Positions 9,509 through 20,001 of a stretch of DNA of 64,000 nt are shown one piece after another. A program made the translations under genes and the position numbers. The notes under the pieces were generated by a model, which saw nothing but the letters and a program-made list of their open reading frames with translations, did no database searches and was not told the origin of the DNA. Within the stretch, counting starts at the first letter, position 1, and every line of letters begins with the position of its first letter. Origin of the DNA: Alphaproteobacteria bacterium (lineage in GTDB: Bacteria > Pseudomonadota > Alphaproteobacteria > UBA6615); NCBI GenBank assembly GCA_965261975.1, contig CBDHEC010000024.1, positions 43,700-107,699 on the forward strand, read 5' to 3'.

Positions 9509-10273
9509 ATGTGTTGGTACATGATTCGCCGACTATCAAGGTGGTGTGCGCTCGCTTGCACAACTTTGATGTTCGCCGTCGTCGCTCCGCACACGCCAAC
9601 AGCGAAGGCCGAAACCAATCACTACTTCGTCGTGCTCGACGGCACGTGGCTCGCCACCGACTTCGTCTGGTCCGAGATCGAGACCGTATGGCTCGTCGCA
9701 GCAACGATCAAAATCGCAAAAGCCCCACCGCAGAAACTGACCGGACCGGAGATGTTCGCAGCCTTTTGTGCGGAGATCCTGCGCGCGCGCCCGGGCGCAC
9801 CAGCCTCGCCCAACAAGGACAACGAAATATTCCGCGTCGACATCAACATCAATGACGCCAATGGCCGGCCGATCACCAAAGTACCCGCACCCATTTCTGT
9901 AAAACAGGGCAAGTGTCAGATCACAGACGGGAACGACAGATTGCTGCCCACCTATCCGGGAAAGCTACAAGGCTGGCAGCTGGCGAATGGCAATGTCCGG
10001 CGAAACGGCGAATCCCACCGCCGGACCATACTTTTTGTGCCGTCCCGGGAGTCTAACGTCAAAGTCGCCGATTTCGATATGGCGCTAGCGTGCAATGCGA
10101 CACTGAAAGACCCGACCGTCCAGACGCTGCAGAGCAACTTCGAACAAAGGCTCCGGAACGTTACGGTCGAACCGAACATCGTCACGATTTACGCCAAGGA
10201 GCGCGCGACGAAGGGCGTGTATGCACAAATGACCTTCGATACGTCAGATGGGACCTGCGTCGAGTTGAAATAG
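9509..10273 (+). CDS. Hypothetical exported protein, lower GC, possible two-domain internal repeat
   Basis: 254-aa ORF with a signal-peptide-like N-terminus (ALACTTLMFAVVAPHTPTAKA). More A-rich than its neighbours and fills the gap between pdeM and lhr. No family recognised. Confidence 0.7.
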   Translation: MCWYMIRRLSRWCALACTTLMFAVVAPHTPTAKAETNHYFVVLDGTWLATDFVWSEIETVWLVAATIKIAKAPPQKLTGPEMFAAFCAEILRARPGAPASPNKDNEIFRVDININDANGRPITKVPAPISVKQGKCQITDGNDRLLPTYPGKLQGWQLANGNVRRNGESHRRTILFVPSRESNVKVADFDMALACNATLKDPTVQTLQSNFEQRLRNVTVEPNIVTIYAKERATKGVYAQMTFDTSDGTCVELK

Positions 10274-10298
10274 TCCGACCGCCGGCCTGCTCCGCCAC

Positions 10299-12755
10299 CT
10301 AGGCGGCATCGAAACCAAGCTCCTTCGTTCCCACATTCTCCATGGCCTCGGAGATCAGGTCCTCAGCCTGCTCACCAAGTAGTTCGTCAATCGCCGCGCC
10401 ATAGACACTCTCGCGGCCGATCTCGAGCAGGATGGGCACGGCCAGCGGCGAGACCCGGTCCAGGTGGCGGTGGGTGATGCGTCCGCGCACCCGGGCCAGC
10501 ATGTCCGACAGGCGGCGCACGTCGGTCAGGCCCGAGCCCGCATCCGCGCGGGTCGCACGCAGCAGGATGTGGTTGGGCTCGTGGGAGCGCAGCACGTCGT
10601 AGATCAGGTCCGAGTTGAAGGTCACCTGGCGGCGGGTCTTCTCCTCACCCGGGTGGCGGCGCTGGATCAGCCCGGCGATCACCGCGACGTTGCGGAAGGT
10701 GCGCTTGAGCATGGAGGATTCCGCCATCCACGCCTCCAGGTCGTCGCCCAGCATGTCCTCGTCGAACAGGGCGTCGAGGTCGGCGGCCTCGCAGGACTTG
10801 GTGCTCCACACGCCGATCACATAGTCCGTCGCCACGAAACCGAGCGGCCCCAGCCCGGCCCGCTCCATGCGCCGGGTCAGCAGCATGCCCAGGGTCTGGT
10901 GGGCGTTGCGCCCCTCGAAGCAATAGGCGACCAGGTAATGCTTGTTGGCGCGCGGAAACGTCTCGACCAGCAGCCCGTCGCGCGATGGCAGCACCGAGCG
11001 CCAACGCTGCACATCGAGCCAGTTGGAGACCTGCTCGGGCAAGTCCGCCCAGGTCTTGGGGTCCGACAGGATCATGCGCACCCGGTCGGCCAGGTGGGTC
11101 GACAGCGGGAAGCGGCCGCCCACATAGGCCGGCACCGCCGGGGCATCGCCCTTGCCCGGCCGGGTGATGACGCTGGTCTCGCGCACCTCGACGAATTCCA
11201 GCAGCCGGCCCGAAAAAACGAAGGTATCGCCGGCGGTCAGGTGGTTGACGAAGCTCTCCTCCACCTCGCCCAGAACCCGGCCCCGGCCAAGCCGGACCTT
11301 GAGCGTCGGCGCTTCGACGATCGTGCCCACGTTCATCCGGTAATCACGCATCGCCGCCTTGGTCGCGATCTCGTAGGTCCCGTTCGATGTGCGGAACAGC
11401 CGCTGAAACTTCTTGTAGCCGCCCAGCGCATAGCCGCCCGTAGCGACGAACTCGAACACGTCGTCGAAATCCTCGCGTGACAGCTCCATATACGGCCCGG
11501 CGGTTCGCACCTGCTCATAAAGTGCTTCGCGGTCGACCGGCCCGGCGCAGGCCGTCCCCAGGACGTGCTGGGCCAGCACGTCGAGCCCGCCAGGGCGGGC
11601 GGGAAGACCATCGAGGGTATGCGCGCGCACCGCGTCGACCGCCGCGCGGCACTCCAGCACCTCGAACCGGTTGGCCGGCACCAGCACCGCCCGGCTCGGG
11701 CTGTCCAGCCGGTGATTGGAACGCCCCACACGCTGCAACAGCCGCGTCGAGCCCTTGGGTGCCCCCACCTGGAGCACCAGGTCAACCGCCGCCCAGTCCA
11801 CCCCCAGGTCGAGCGACGACGTCGCCACGACGGCGTCCAGATCACCCCGCGCCATCGCCGCCTCGACCTTGCGGCGCTGCTCGGGCGCCAGGCTTCCATG
11901 ATGCAGCGCGATGCGCAGGTCATCCTCGTTCATCCGCCAGAGCTCCTGGAAGATGATCTCCGCTTGGGCGCGGGTGTTCACGAAGACGATGGTCGTGCCC
12001 GCATCGCGCAGCTGATCATAGATTTCCGGAATGGCATGGGTGCCCATATGCCCCGACCAGGGCATCTCGACGGCGCTCTCCAGCACCTCGATCCGCGGTT
12101 CCGCACCGCTTTCGCCCAGGACCAGCGACACGTCGTCGACGTCACGGGTCGGCGACAGCCAACGCCGCAGCCGGTCGGGTTCCGCCACCGTCGCGCTCAG
12201 GCCGACCCGGCGCGCGTTGGGGGCCAAGTCCGTCAGGCGGGACAGGCCCAGCGCCAGAAGATCGCCGCGCTTGTTATCCTCCAGCGCATGTAGTTCATCG
12301 ACGATCACGCAACGCAGGTTCGCAAAAATTTCCGGTGCGTCCTCGTAGGACAGCAGCAGGGCCAGGCTTTCGGGCGTGGTCATCAGCATCTGCGGCGGCG
12401 TTCGGCGCTGGCGCTGGCGTTTCGACTGCGGGGTATCGCCGGTGCGGGTCTCGGCCCGGATCGGAAGGTTCATTTCCGCGATGGGCAGCTCGAGATTGCG
12501 GTGGATGTCCACGGCCAGCGCCTTCAGCGGCGAGATATACAGCGTGTGCAGGCCGTCGGGCGGCGGATCGGCGGTGATCAGGTCGACCAGGCTCGGCAGG
12601 AAGCCGGCGAGGGTCTTGCCGCCGCCGGTGGGCGCGATCAGCAGCGCCGAGCACCCGGCTGCCGCGGCGTCGAGCATCGCCAGCTGGTGGGGGTGCGGCG
12701 CCCAGCCGCGGGCGGCGAACCAGTCGGCGAGCGCGGGCGGCAGCTTGTTACACAT
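10299..12755 (-). CDS. lhr: Ligase-associated DNA damage response DEXH-box helicase (Lhr-Core)
   Basis: Walker A APTGGGKTLAGF, YISPLKAL, DELH, GLSAT, HHGSL, TSSLDLGVDW, QRVGRSNHR. Confidence 0.93.
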   Translation of the reverse strand: MCNKLPPALADWFAARGWAPHPHQLAMLDAAAAGCSALLIAPTGGGKTLAGFLPSLVDLITADPPPDGLHTLYISPLKALAVDIHRNLELPIAEMNLPIRAETRTGDTPQSKRQRQRRTPPQMLMTTPESLALLLSYEDAPEIFANLRCVIVDELHALEDNKRGDLLALGLSRLTDLAPNARRVGLSATVAEPDRLRRWLSPTRDVDDVSLVLGESGAEPRIEVLESAVEMPWSGHMGTHAIPEIYDQLRDAGTTIVFVNTRAQAEIIFQELWRMNEDDLRIALHHGSLAPEQRRKVEAAMARGDLDAVVATSSLDLGVDWAAVDLVLQVGAPKGSTRLLQRVGRSNHRLDSPSRAVLVPANRFEVLECRAAVDAVRAHTLDGLPARPGGLDVLAQHVLGTACAGPVDREALYEQVRTAGPYMELSREDFDDVFEFVATGGYALGGYKKFQRLFRTSNGTYEIATKAAMRDYRMNVGTIVEAPTLKVRLGRGRVLGEVEESFVNHLTAGDTFVFSGRLLEFVEVRETSVITRPGKGDAPAVPAYVGGRFPLSTHLADRVRMILSDPKTWADLPEQVSNWLDVQRWRSVLPSRDGLLVETFPRANKHYLVAYCFEGRNAHQTLGMLLTRRMERAGLGPLGFVATDYVIGVWSTKSCEAADLDALFDEDMLGDDLEAWMAESSMLKRTFRNVAVIAGLIQRRHPGEEKTRRQVTFNSDLIYDVLRSHEPNHILLRATRADAGSGLTDVRRLSDMLARVRGRITHRHLDRVSPLAVPILLEIGRESVYGAAIDELLGEQAEDLISEAMENVGTKELGFDAA

Positions 12756-12788
12756 GAGTCAGCCCGGAATCGCCGTGTCGCATCCGTC

Positions 12789-13196
12789 TCAGCCGAACGC
12801 CCGGCGCAGATCCGCACAGCGCGCGTCCAGCGCGTCGCCCCCGTAGGCCTCGGCCGGGACCACGCCCCAGATCGAGTTCGGCCATGCCGCGTCGGTCGTA
12901 AAGCGCGCGACCACATGGATATGCAGCTGGGGCACCATGTTGCCCAGCGCCGCGACGTTGACCTTGTCGGGCGCGAACAGATCCACAAGCGCCTCGCTGG
13001 CCCGGCTGATCTCGCGGCCCGCCGTGACCATGTCGTCGGGCGAGAGGTCATGGAAATCGCGCAGATCAGGGCGCGCGGGTACCAGCACCAGCCAGGGATA
13101 GTTGGCGTCGTTGAGCAACAGCACCTCGCATAGCGGCCAAGTTGCGACGGGGACGGTATCGGCGGCAAGCTGGGGGTGGAGTTCGAAGTCGGGCAT
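12789..13196 (-). CDS. HIT family protein
   Basis: FELHPQLAADT, YPWLVLVP, NVAALGNMVPQLHIHVVAR. Confidence 0.88.
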   Translation of the reverse strand: MPDFELHPQLAADTVPVATWPLCEVLLLNDANYPWLVLVPARPDLRDFHDLSPDDMVTAGREISRASEALVDLFAPDKVNVAALGNMVPQLHIHVVARFTTDAAWPNSIWGVVPAEAYGGDALDARCADLRRAFG

Positions 13197-13320
13197 GACA
13201 CGCGTTCTTTTCGGGTTCGGGGCTCGACAGTCTAGCGCGATCCGCTTGCCGCCTCACCCGGCTAGTGCAGACGGGCCGCCTGGTGCAAACTCGAACGGCC
13301 AAATCGAAGAGAGAAACGTC

Positions 13321-14316
13321 ATGAAAGCCGCCTGGTATGAAGAACTCGGCCCCGCCCGTGAGGTCCTGACGTTCGGTGAGATGGACTCCCCCGATCCGGG
13401 CCCCGGCGAGGTGCGCGTAAAGCTCCACGCGTCGGGCGTGAACCCGGCCGACGTGAAGCGCCGGGGGCTGGGCACCTACGGGATGGAGCATCCGCGCATC
13501 ATCCCCAACAGCGACGGCGCGGGGGTCATCGACGCGCTGGGCGACGGGGTGACGGGCCTGGCGGCCGGACAGCGCGTCTGGCTGTTCAACGGCCAGCGGC
13601 AGGGCCGCGCGTTCGGCACTGCGGCGGAATACATCACCCTCGCGTCGTGGCTTGTGGCCCCGCTGCCCGACGGTCTCAGCTTCGACGAAGGGGCATGCCT
13701 GGGCATCCCCTGCATGACCGGCCATCACAATGTGTTCTCCGACGGGCCGGTTGCCGGCAAGACGGTCCTGGTCACCGGCGGCGCGGGCGCGGTCGGCCAC
13801 TACGCCGTGCAATGGGCGAACTGGGGTGGCGCGACGGTGATTGCAACGGTCAGCTCGGACGCGAAGGCCGCTCACGCGATCGCCGGCGGCGCGCATCACA
13901 CGATCAATTATCGCGACCCCGGCGCGGCCGACCAGATCCTGGAACTGACGGACGGCAACGGTGTTGGCCGAATTGTCGAGGTCGATCTGGCCGCAAATCT
14001 CGATCTGACGTCCAAAGTCCTTGCCACCGGCGGCACGATCTCGGTCTACGCCACCACGGGCGATCCGAAGAATCTCATGCTGCGCATGGCGCTGCGCAAC
14101 GCGATCATCCGGTTCATGGTCCTCCACAGCGTACCGCGCACGGCAATCGATGCCGCGCGCGCCGACATCGTCAAATGGCTGGCCGAGGGGCACGGGCTGC
14201 ATACGATCGCCCGGACCTTCCCGCTGGACCAATGCGTGGCGGCCCATGAGTTCGTGGAATCGGGCGACAAGCTGGGTACGGTGGTTGTCAGGCCCGCCGA
14301 ATGGAACAGAAGCTGA
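13321..14316 (+). CDS. NADPH:quinone oxidoreductase (zeta-crystallin/MDR family)
   Basis: MKAAWYEELGPA, ASGVNPADVK, IPNSDGAGVI, VLVTGGAGAVG. Start set at ATG 13321. Confidence 0.9.
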   Translation: MKAAWYEELGPAREVLTFGEMDSPDPGPGEVRVKLHASGVNPADVKRRGLGTYGMEHPRIIPNSDGAGVIDALGDGVTGLAAGQRVWLFNGQRQGRAFGTAAEYITLASWLVAPLPDGLSFDEGACLGIPCMTGHHNVFSDGPVAGKTVLVTGGAGAVGHYAVQWANWGGATVIATVSSDAKAAHAIAGGAHHTINYRDPGAADQILELTDGNGVGRIVEVDLAANLDLTSKVLATGGTISVYATTGDPKNLMLRMALRNAIIRFMVLHSVPRTAIDAARADIVKWLAEGHGLHTIARTFPLDQCVAAHEFVESGDKLGTVVVRPAEWNRS

Positions 14317-14330
14317 GCAAGGAACATGGT

Positions 14331-15032
14331 ATGTCGACGAAGATCACGCGTTCCGAATGGGCGGTACTGGCAGCGACACTGGCCTATATAGCAGGGTTCG
14401 CTGCGGTATTTCTGTCGACGGGAAACCGCGAATTCCTCTGGTACATCATCACGCTGCTGATACTTGTCGCGCTTGTCGGCGTCGGCCAGCGCAAGGCGGC
14501 CTTTCCTCCGGCGATACTCTGGTCACTTTCCCTGTGGGGTTTCCTCCACATGGCCGGCGGCGGGACCCCGGTCGGTGAAACCGTGCTCTACGGCCATGTG
14601 ATCATGCCGATCCTCCAGGCCGGCGAGATCGTGATGCTGCGCTATGACCAACTGGTCCATTTCTATGGCTTCGGCATCACCGCCTGGCTGCTTTGGCATC
14701 TGCTGCGGCGGCATTTCCCGGAGATGAACGGCAGCGCGAGCATCTATGTATTCGCCGTGCTCGGCAGCATGGGCCTCGGGGCGGTGAATGAGATCATCGA
14801 GTTTGCAGCCGTCATCATGTTTCCCCAGACCAACGTCGGCGGCTATGTGAACACCGCACTCGACCTCGTCTTCAATGAGATCATCGAGTTTGCAGCCGTC
14901 ATCATGTTTCCCCAGACCAACGTCGGCGGCTATGTGAACACCGCACTCGACCTCGTCTTCAACGCCGCGGGCGCCATCACGGCCATGATCGTCGCGGCGA
15001 TCGTCGCCCCGACACCTGCAAATTCCGCATAG
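14331..15032 (+). CDS. Integral membrane protein (DUF2238/YjdF-like) with an in-frame 29-aa duplication
   Basis: Several TM helices, LHMAGG, RYDQLVHFYGFG, NEIIEF...GGYVNTALDLVFN. Start could be 14301 or 14331. Confidence 0.75.
   Translation: MSTKITRSEWAVLAATLAYIAGFAAVFLSTGNREFLWYIITLLILVALVGVGQRKAAFPPAILWSLSLWGFLHMAGGGTPVGETVLYGHVIMPILQAGEIVMLRYDQLVHFYGFGITAWLLWHLLRRHFPEMNGSASIYVFAVLGSMGLGAVNEIIEFAAVIMFPQTNVGGYVNTALDLVFNEIIEFAAVIMFPQTNVGGYVNTALDLVFNAAGAITAMIVAAIVAPTPANSA
14787..14960 (+). repeat. Perfect 87-bp tandem duplication (2 copies)
   Basis: 14787-14873 is identical to 14874-14960 (AATGAGATCATCGAG...CTCGTCTTC) and encodes NEIIEFAAVIMFPQTNVGGYVNTALDLVF twice. Confidence 0.95.
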
Positions 15033-15165
15033 GGTTCTGCCAACGCCGGCAAACACACCGGATGGGTTGCCAAACACTCACGGTTTTGTGACATAAAGAA
15101 CCAAGTGGGGAGGCACCGGAATCACGGGTGCCAATGACACCCGCAGTCTTTGCGGAGGTTTTACG

Positions 15166-16104
15166 TTGAGTATTGTTTTCGAAGGGGGCGCCAACGCCAT
15201 CACGGGCGACGGCAGACGACGAGGGTTCGTCGGTTACACGCTGACATTTCTGCTCTGGCCAGGCATCCTCGCCGCTTGTCTCTACGGTACCTGGCTCGGC
15301 TTCGAGGCCGGCCATTCCGCGATCTATTTCAACATCACCTACCTGTTGCTGGCGCTCTGCCTGTTCACGCTCGAACGCATACTACCCCATGAGCGCAACT
15401 GGCTGGCAAATGACGGCCAGATCGGCCCGGACCTCGCTCACACGCTCCTGAACAAGGGCTTCGCCCAGGTCCTCGTCGTGGTTGGCGTGACCATCGGGAT
15501 CGCAGAGGTCGCGGCCAGCAAGGGCGGCGGTTTCTGGCCCGGCGACTGGCCGTTGGCGCTGCAGATCATCCTCGGCATGGTCATCGCCGAGGCCGGCATG
15601 TACACGGCCCATCGCGTCGCCCATGAATGGTCACTGCTCTGGCGCTTCCACGCCGTCCACCATAGTGCCCCGCGACTGTGGTTCTTCAACACCGGACGCT
15701 TTCATGTGGTCGACACGGTGGCCAGCATCCTGCTGAGCCAGCCGCTGCTTTTTCTCGCCGGCGCGCCGTCCGAAGTCTTCATCTGGGTGAACTCGATCAC
15801 CGCTTTCATCGGCATGCTGACCCACTGCAATATCGAGATGCGGTTCGGCCCGTTGAACTATGTGTTCAACACACCCGCGGTGCATCGCTGGCACCATTCG
15901 CGCATTCCCGCCGAAGGCAACAGCAACTACGGCGAGAACCTGATGCTGTACGATGTTCTCCTGCGGACATTCTACTGCCCTGACCGGCGCCCGCCCGCCG
16001 ACATCGGGATCGACGGCCCCATGCCCACCAGCTTCGCGGGCCAGGTCGCACAACCCTTCCGGCGCAACCAGGCAGCGGTCCCGTCCACACCGGACGACAA
16101 GTAA
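15166..16104 (+). CDS. Sterol desaturase / fatty acid hydroxylase family membrane di-iron enzyme
   Basis: His boxes HRVAH, HAVHH, THCN, HRWHH; TM segments. TTG start with GGAGG at 15154-15158. Confidence 0.88.
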   Translation: MSIVFEGGANAITGDGRRRGFVGYTLTFLLWPGILAACLYGTWLGFEAGHSAIYFNITYLLLALCLFTLERILPHERNWLANDGQIGPDLAHTLLNKGFAQVLVVVGVTIGIAEVAASKGGGFWPGDWPLALQIILGMVIAEAGMYTAHRVAHEWSLLWRFHAVHHSAPRLWFFNTGRFHVVDTVASILLSQPLLFLAGAPSEVFIWVNSITAFIGMLTHCNIEMRFGPLNYVFNTPAVHRWHHSRIPAEGNSNYGENLMLYDVLLRTFYCPDRRPPADIGIDGPMPTSFAGQVAQPFRRNQAAVPSTPDDK

Positions 16105-16158
16105 CCCGTTTCACGCGGCATCATGGACCGCGACACGCCGCCCGATTCTTGCGCGATG

Positions 16159-17409
16159 TCACCGCCGGTCCGGGCGATAGATCAGCATCCAGGCGAAGGC
16201 CGAGACCTGCAGGGCGAGGGCCACGCCGAACGCTGCGCGATATCCCATTACTGAATAGGCGCCGTCGGCGGCCACGGGCCAGAGGTTGATCACCTCACCC
16301 ATGCCCCATTGCAGGGCGAACGCCGCCCCGAAGATCAGCAGGTTCTGGGCCGTGCTGGCCCGACCCGCCAGCTCGGGCGGAAACATGCGCGCGAGGACGG
16401 AGAACATGACCACGCCGGTGGTCCCGGTCGCACCGAAGATGAACCAGAGAAAGCCCGGCGCGGACGTCCACTCGAACAGCACCAACAGCTGGACCAGGAT
16501 AAACATCGCCATGCCACCCGCCGCGGTCACCAGCGGCGGAATGTTTCGCCGCGCCAATCGCTCGGCGACAAGTCCCACGACCACGTTGCCGAGCACGAAG
16601 CCCGCAGCACCGGCCAGCAGGGTAAAGCTGACCGTCCAGGAATCCAGACCTGCGATGTCGCGCAACCACGGCCCCGCCCACAATGTCTGGATGGCGAGGA
16701 AGCCGCCCTGGGACAGGGCGGCCAGCGGTGCGACCCGCCAGAACAAGCCGCTGCGGTAGATGGAGACCATGCCCGAAATACGCGATGCCATGGGCTCCGA
16801 CGCCCCGGCGCGTTCGCGTTCGGGCGCCACGAACCAGATCGCCACCGCGACCACGAGGGTGGCCAGCGCCAGCGCGACGAAGCCGTAACGCCAGCCGACC
16901 TCGGACACGAGCGCCTCCGTCGGCGCCGTCGCGACCATGGCCCCCAGCCCGCCGAAGGCGACGATCAAGCCATTCATGAAAGGCAGCTTGTCGCCGGGGA
17001 ACCACTCGCTCATCGCCTTGAAGGCCCCCATCAGGCAGGCCGCGACACCGAGCCCGATCAGGGCGCGGCCCAGCACCAGGCCCCACAACCCCTCGCCGAT
17101 CGAGAACAGGAAGGCCCCGATGGCGGCGACCAGCAGCAGCGCGGTCACGACCCGGCGCGGGCCGTGGCTGTCGAGATAAATGCCGACCGGGATCTGGGCC
17201 GCGGCGAAGGCGATGAAGTAGGCGCTGGTGAGCATGCCCAGCTGGCCCGGTGACAACGACATCTCGAGCGCCAGGTCGGGACCGATCACCGCGTTCACGG
17301 TGCGGTAAAGATAGGAAAAGAAGTAGCCCAGCGCGAAGGGCAGGAAGATCACCGCAAACAAGCGCACGGTGGGCGGCCGGTCGCCCGCCCGGGTCTGGAT
17401 ATCTGCCAT
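16159..17409 (-). CDS. MFS transporter
   Basis: About 12 hydrophobic segments and MFS motif A GIYLDSHGPRR. Confidence 0.9.
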   Translation of the reverse strand: MADIQTRAGDRPPTVRLFAVIFLPFALGYFFSYLYRTVNAVIGPDLALEMSLSPGQLGMLTSAYFIAFAAAQIPVGIYLDSHGPRRVVTALLLVAAIGAFLFSIGEGLWGLVLGRALIGLGVAACLMGAFKAMSEWFPGDKLPFMNGLIVAFGGLGAMVATAPTEALVSEVGWRYGFVALALATLVVAVAIWFVAPERERAGASEPMASRISGMVSIYRSGLFWRVAPLAALSQGGFLAIQTLWAGPWLRDIAGLDSWTVSFTLLAGAAGFVLGNVVVGLVAERLARRNIPPLVTAAGGMAMFILVQLLVLFEWTSAPGFLWFIFGATGTTGVVMFSVLARMFPPELAGRASTAQNLLIFGAAFALQWGMGEVINLWPVAADGAYSVMGYRAAFGVALALQVSAFAWMLIYRPDRR

Positions 17410-18189
17410 CTAGCTGCCGCGAAACTTGGGCTTTTCGCGCGCCTTGAACGCGTTGTACCCGATCATGTAGTCCTCGCTGTCGGCATAATCGAACTGGGCC
17501 TCGAGCTCGGCCCGGCTCAGGGGCCGCGGATCGGCCAGCCGCGCGAGCGCGGCCCGGTGATAGCGGTGGGACAGCGGCGCGCCGTCGGCGATCCGCCGCG
17601 CGGCCTTCATGACCTCGTCTTCCAGCTCGGCATCGGGCACGACCCGGGTCAACAGGTTCTTCGTCAATGCCTCATCGGCCGAAATGGCCCGGCCCTCAAG
17701 CAGGATCTCGGCGGCCACGGCGCGACCGCCGGCATCGACCAGATACTGGACCAGGTGGTAGCCGAGGAAGAGCCCGATATTCTTGGCCGGGACACCGAAC
17801 CGGCCCGACTCGCCCGAGATACGCAGATCGGCTGCCAGCGCCAGCTCAAAACCGCCGCCGATGCAAAACCCATGGATCATCGCGATGACCGGGTGGCGTG
17901 AATTACGCACGCCCAGGAAGGCACGGTCGGTGGCGGCCTCATAGGCCTTCACCTTCTTTCGGTCGGATCGCTCGGCCTCGAAATTGGTGATGTCCGCGCC
18001 GGCACAGAACGCCTCCTCGCCCGCACCGCGCAGGATGATGCAACGCACATCATCGTCCTCACCCAGCGCATCGATGGCGTCGCCCACGGCGACCCAGTCT
18101 TCCTGGCGCAGCGCGTTGCGCTTCTCGGTGCGGTGAAGGGACACGATGGCGATATCGTCGCGGCGCTCGACCTTAACGGTGTCGGACAT
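17410..18189 (-). CDS. Enoyl-CoA hydratase/isomerase (crotonase) family protein
   Basis: AFCAGADI, PVIAMIHGFCIGGGFELALAADLR, RFGVPA. Start set at ATG 18189. Confidence 0.9.
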   Translation of the reverse strand: MSDTVKVERRDDIAIVSLHRTEKRNALRQEDWVAVGDAIDALGEDDDVRCIILRGAGEEAFCAGADITNFEAERSDRKKVKAYEAATDRAFLGVRNSRHPVIAMIHGFCIGGGFELALAADLRISGESGRFGVPAKNIGLFLGYHLVQYLVDAGGRAVAAEILLEGRAISADEALTKNLLTRVVPDAELEDEVMKAARRIADGAPLSHRYHRAALARLADPRPLSRAELEAQFDYADSEDYMIGYNAFKAREKPKFRGS

Positions 18190-18271
18190 GGGGTTCTCAC
18201 TTTTTGAGGGCAACTGCCCGGCGAACGGGCCCGTAGTATCGCGCAATTCAAGCCGGGTTGCGAGGCACGCG

Positions 18272-19408
<1,137 letters not shown>

Positions 19409-19435
19409 TACTGTCTCTCAATCACTCTCGCCCGC

Positions 19436-19466
19436 TTGACATTTGCCGGGCGCAAACCGTTATAAC
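19436..19466 (+). promoter_or_regulatory. Putative sigma70 promoter for hisI overlapping a GTTATAAC palindrome
   Basis: TTGACA at 19436-19441 and TATAAC at 19461-19466 (19-nt spacer, longer than optimal). GTTATAAC at 19459-19466. Confidence 0.45.
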
Positions 19467-19518
19467 ACGCGCGAAACCGGGCGCCGCAACATGCGCGCCC
19501 CATACAGAAAGTCGTCCG

Positions 19519-19998
19519 ATGTCAGATAGTCCCATGTTCGCCCCGCGCCAGACCATCGAACAGGTCGAGGAAGGCCATGAGCTGGCCCCGAAGTTCGATG
19601 CCGACGGCCTGATGCCCGTCGTCACCACCGACGCCGACAGCGGCGAGGTGCTGATGCATGGCTATATGAACGCGGAAGCCCTGACCAAGACCATCGAGAC
19701 CGGCGAGGCCCATTACTGGTCCCGCTCGCGGCAAGTCCTCTGGCACAAGGGTGCGACGTCCGGGCTGGTCCAGAAGGTCAAGGAGATCCGCATCGACGAC
19801 GACCAGGACGCCGTGTGGCTCAGGGTCGATGTCCAGGGCGGTGCCAGCTGCCATGTGGGCTACCGATCCTGCTTCTACCGCTCGGTGCCGGTGGGTGCGG
19901 CGGACGACGCGCCAGTGGAACTGGGCTACGAGGAGACCGAGAAGGTCTTCGACCCGGTCGAGGTCTACGGCGACGCGCCGAACCCCACGAAGCTTTAG
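19519..19998 (+). CDS. hisI: Phosphoribosyl-AMP cyclohydrolase
   Basis: [48 protein letters not shown]. Confidence 0.92.
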   Translation: MSDSPMFAPRQTIEQVEEGHELAPKFDADGLMPVVTTDADSGEVLMHGYMNAEALTKTIETGEAHYWSRSRQVLWHKGATSGLVQKVKEIRIDDDQDAVWLRVDVQGGASCHVGYRSCFYRSVPVGAADDAPVELGYEETEKVFDPVEVYGDAPNPTKL

Positions 19999-20001
19999 CG
20001 A

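Noticed and set aside
12789-13196. HIT motif with Gln in place of the first His (QLHIH)
   Set aside because: This is a common proteobacterial HIT subfamily pattern, not peculiar to this gene.
14787-14960. Possible CRISPR or mobile-element repeat
   Set aside because: Only two abutting copies, no spacers, in frame within a CDS, and no cas or transposase genes nearby.
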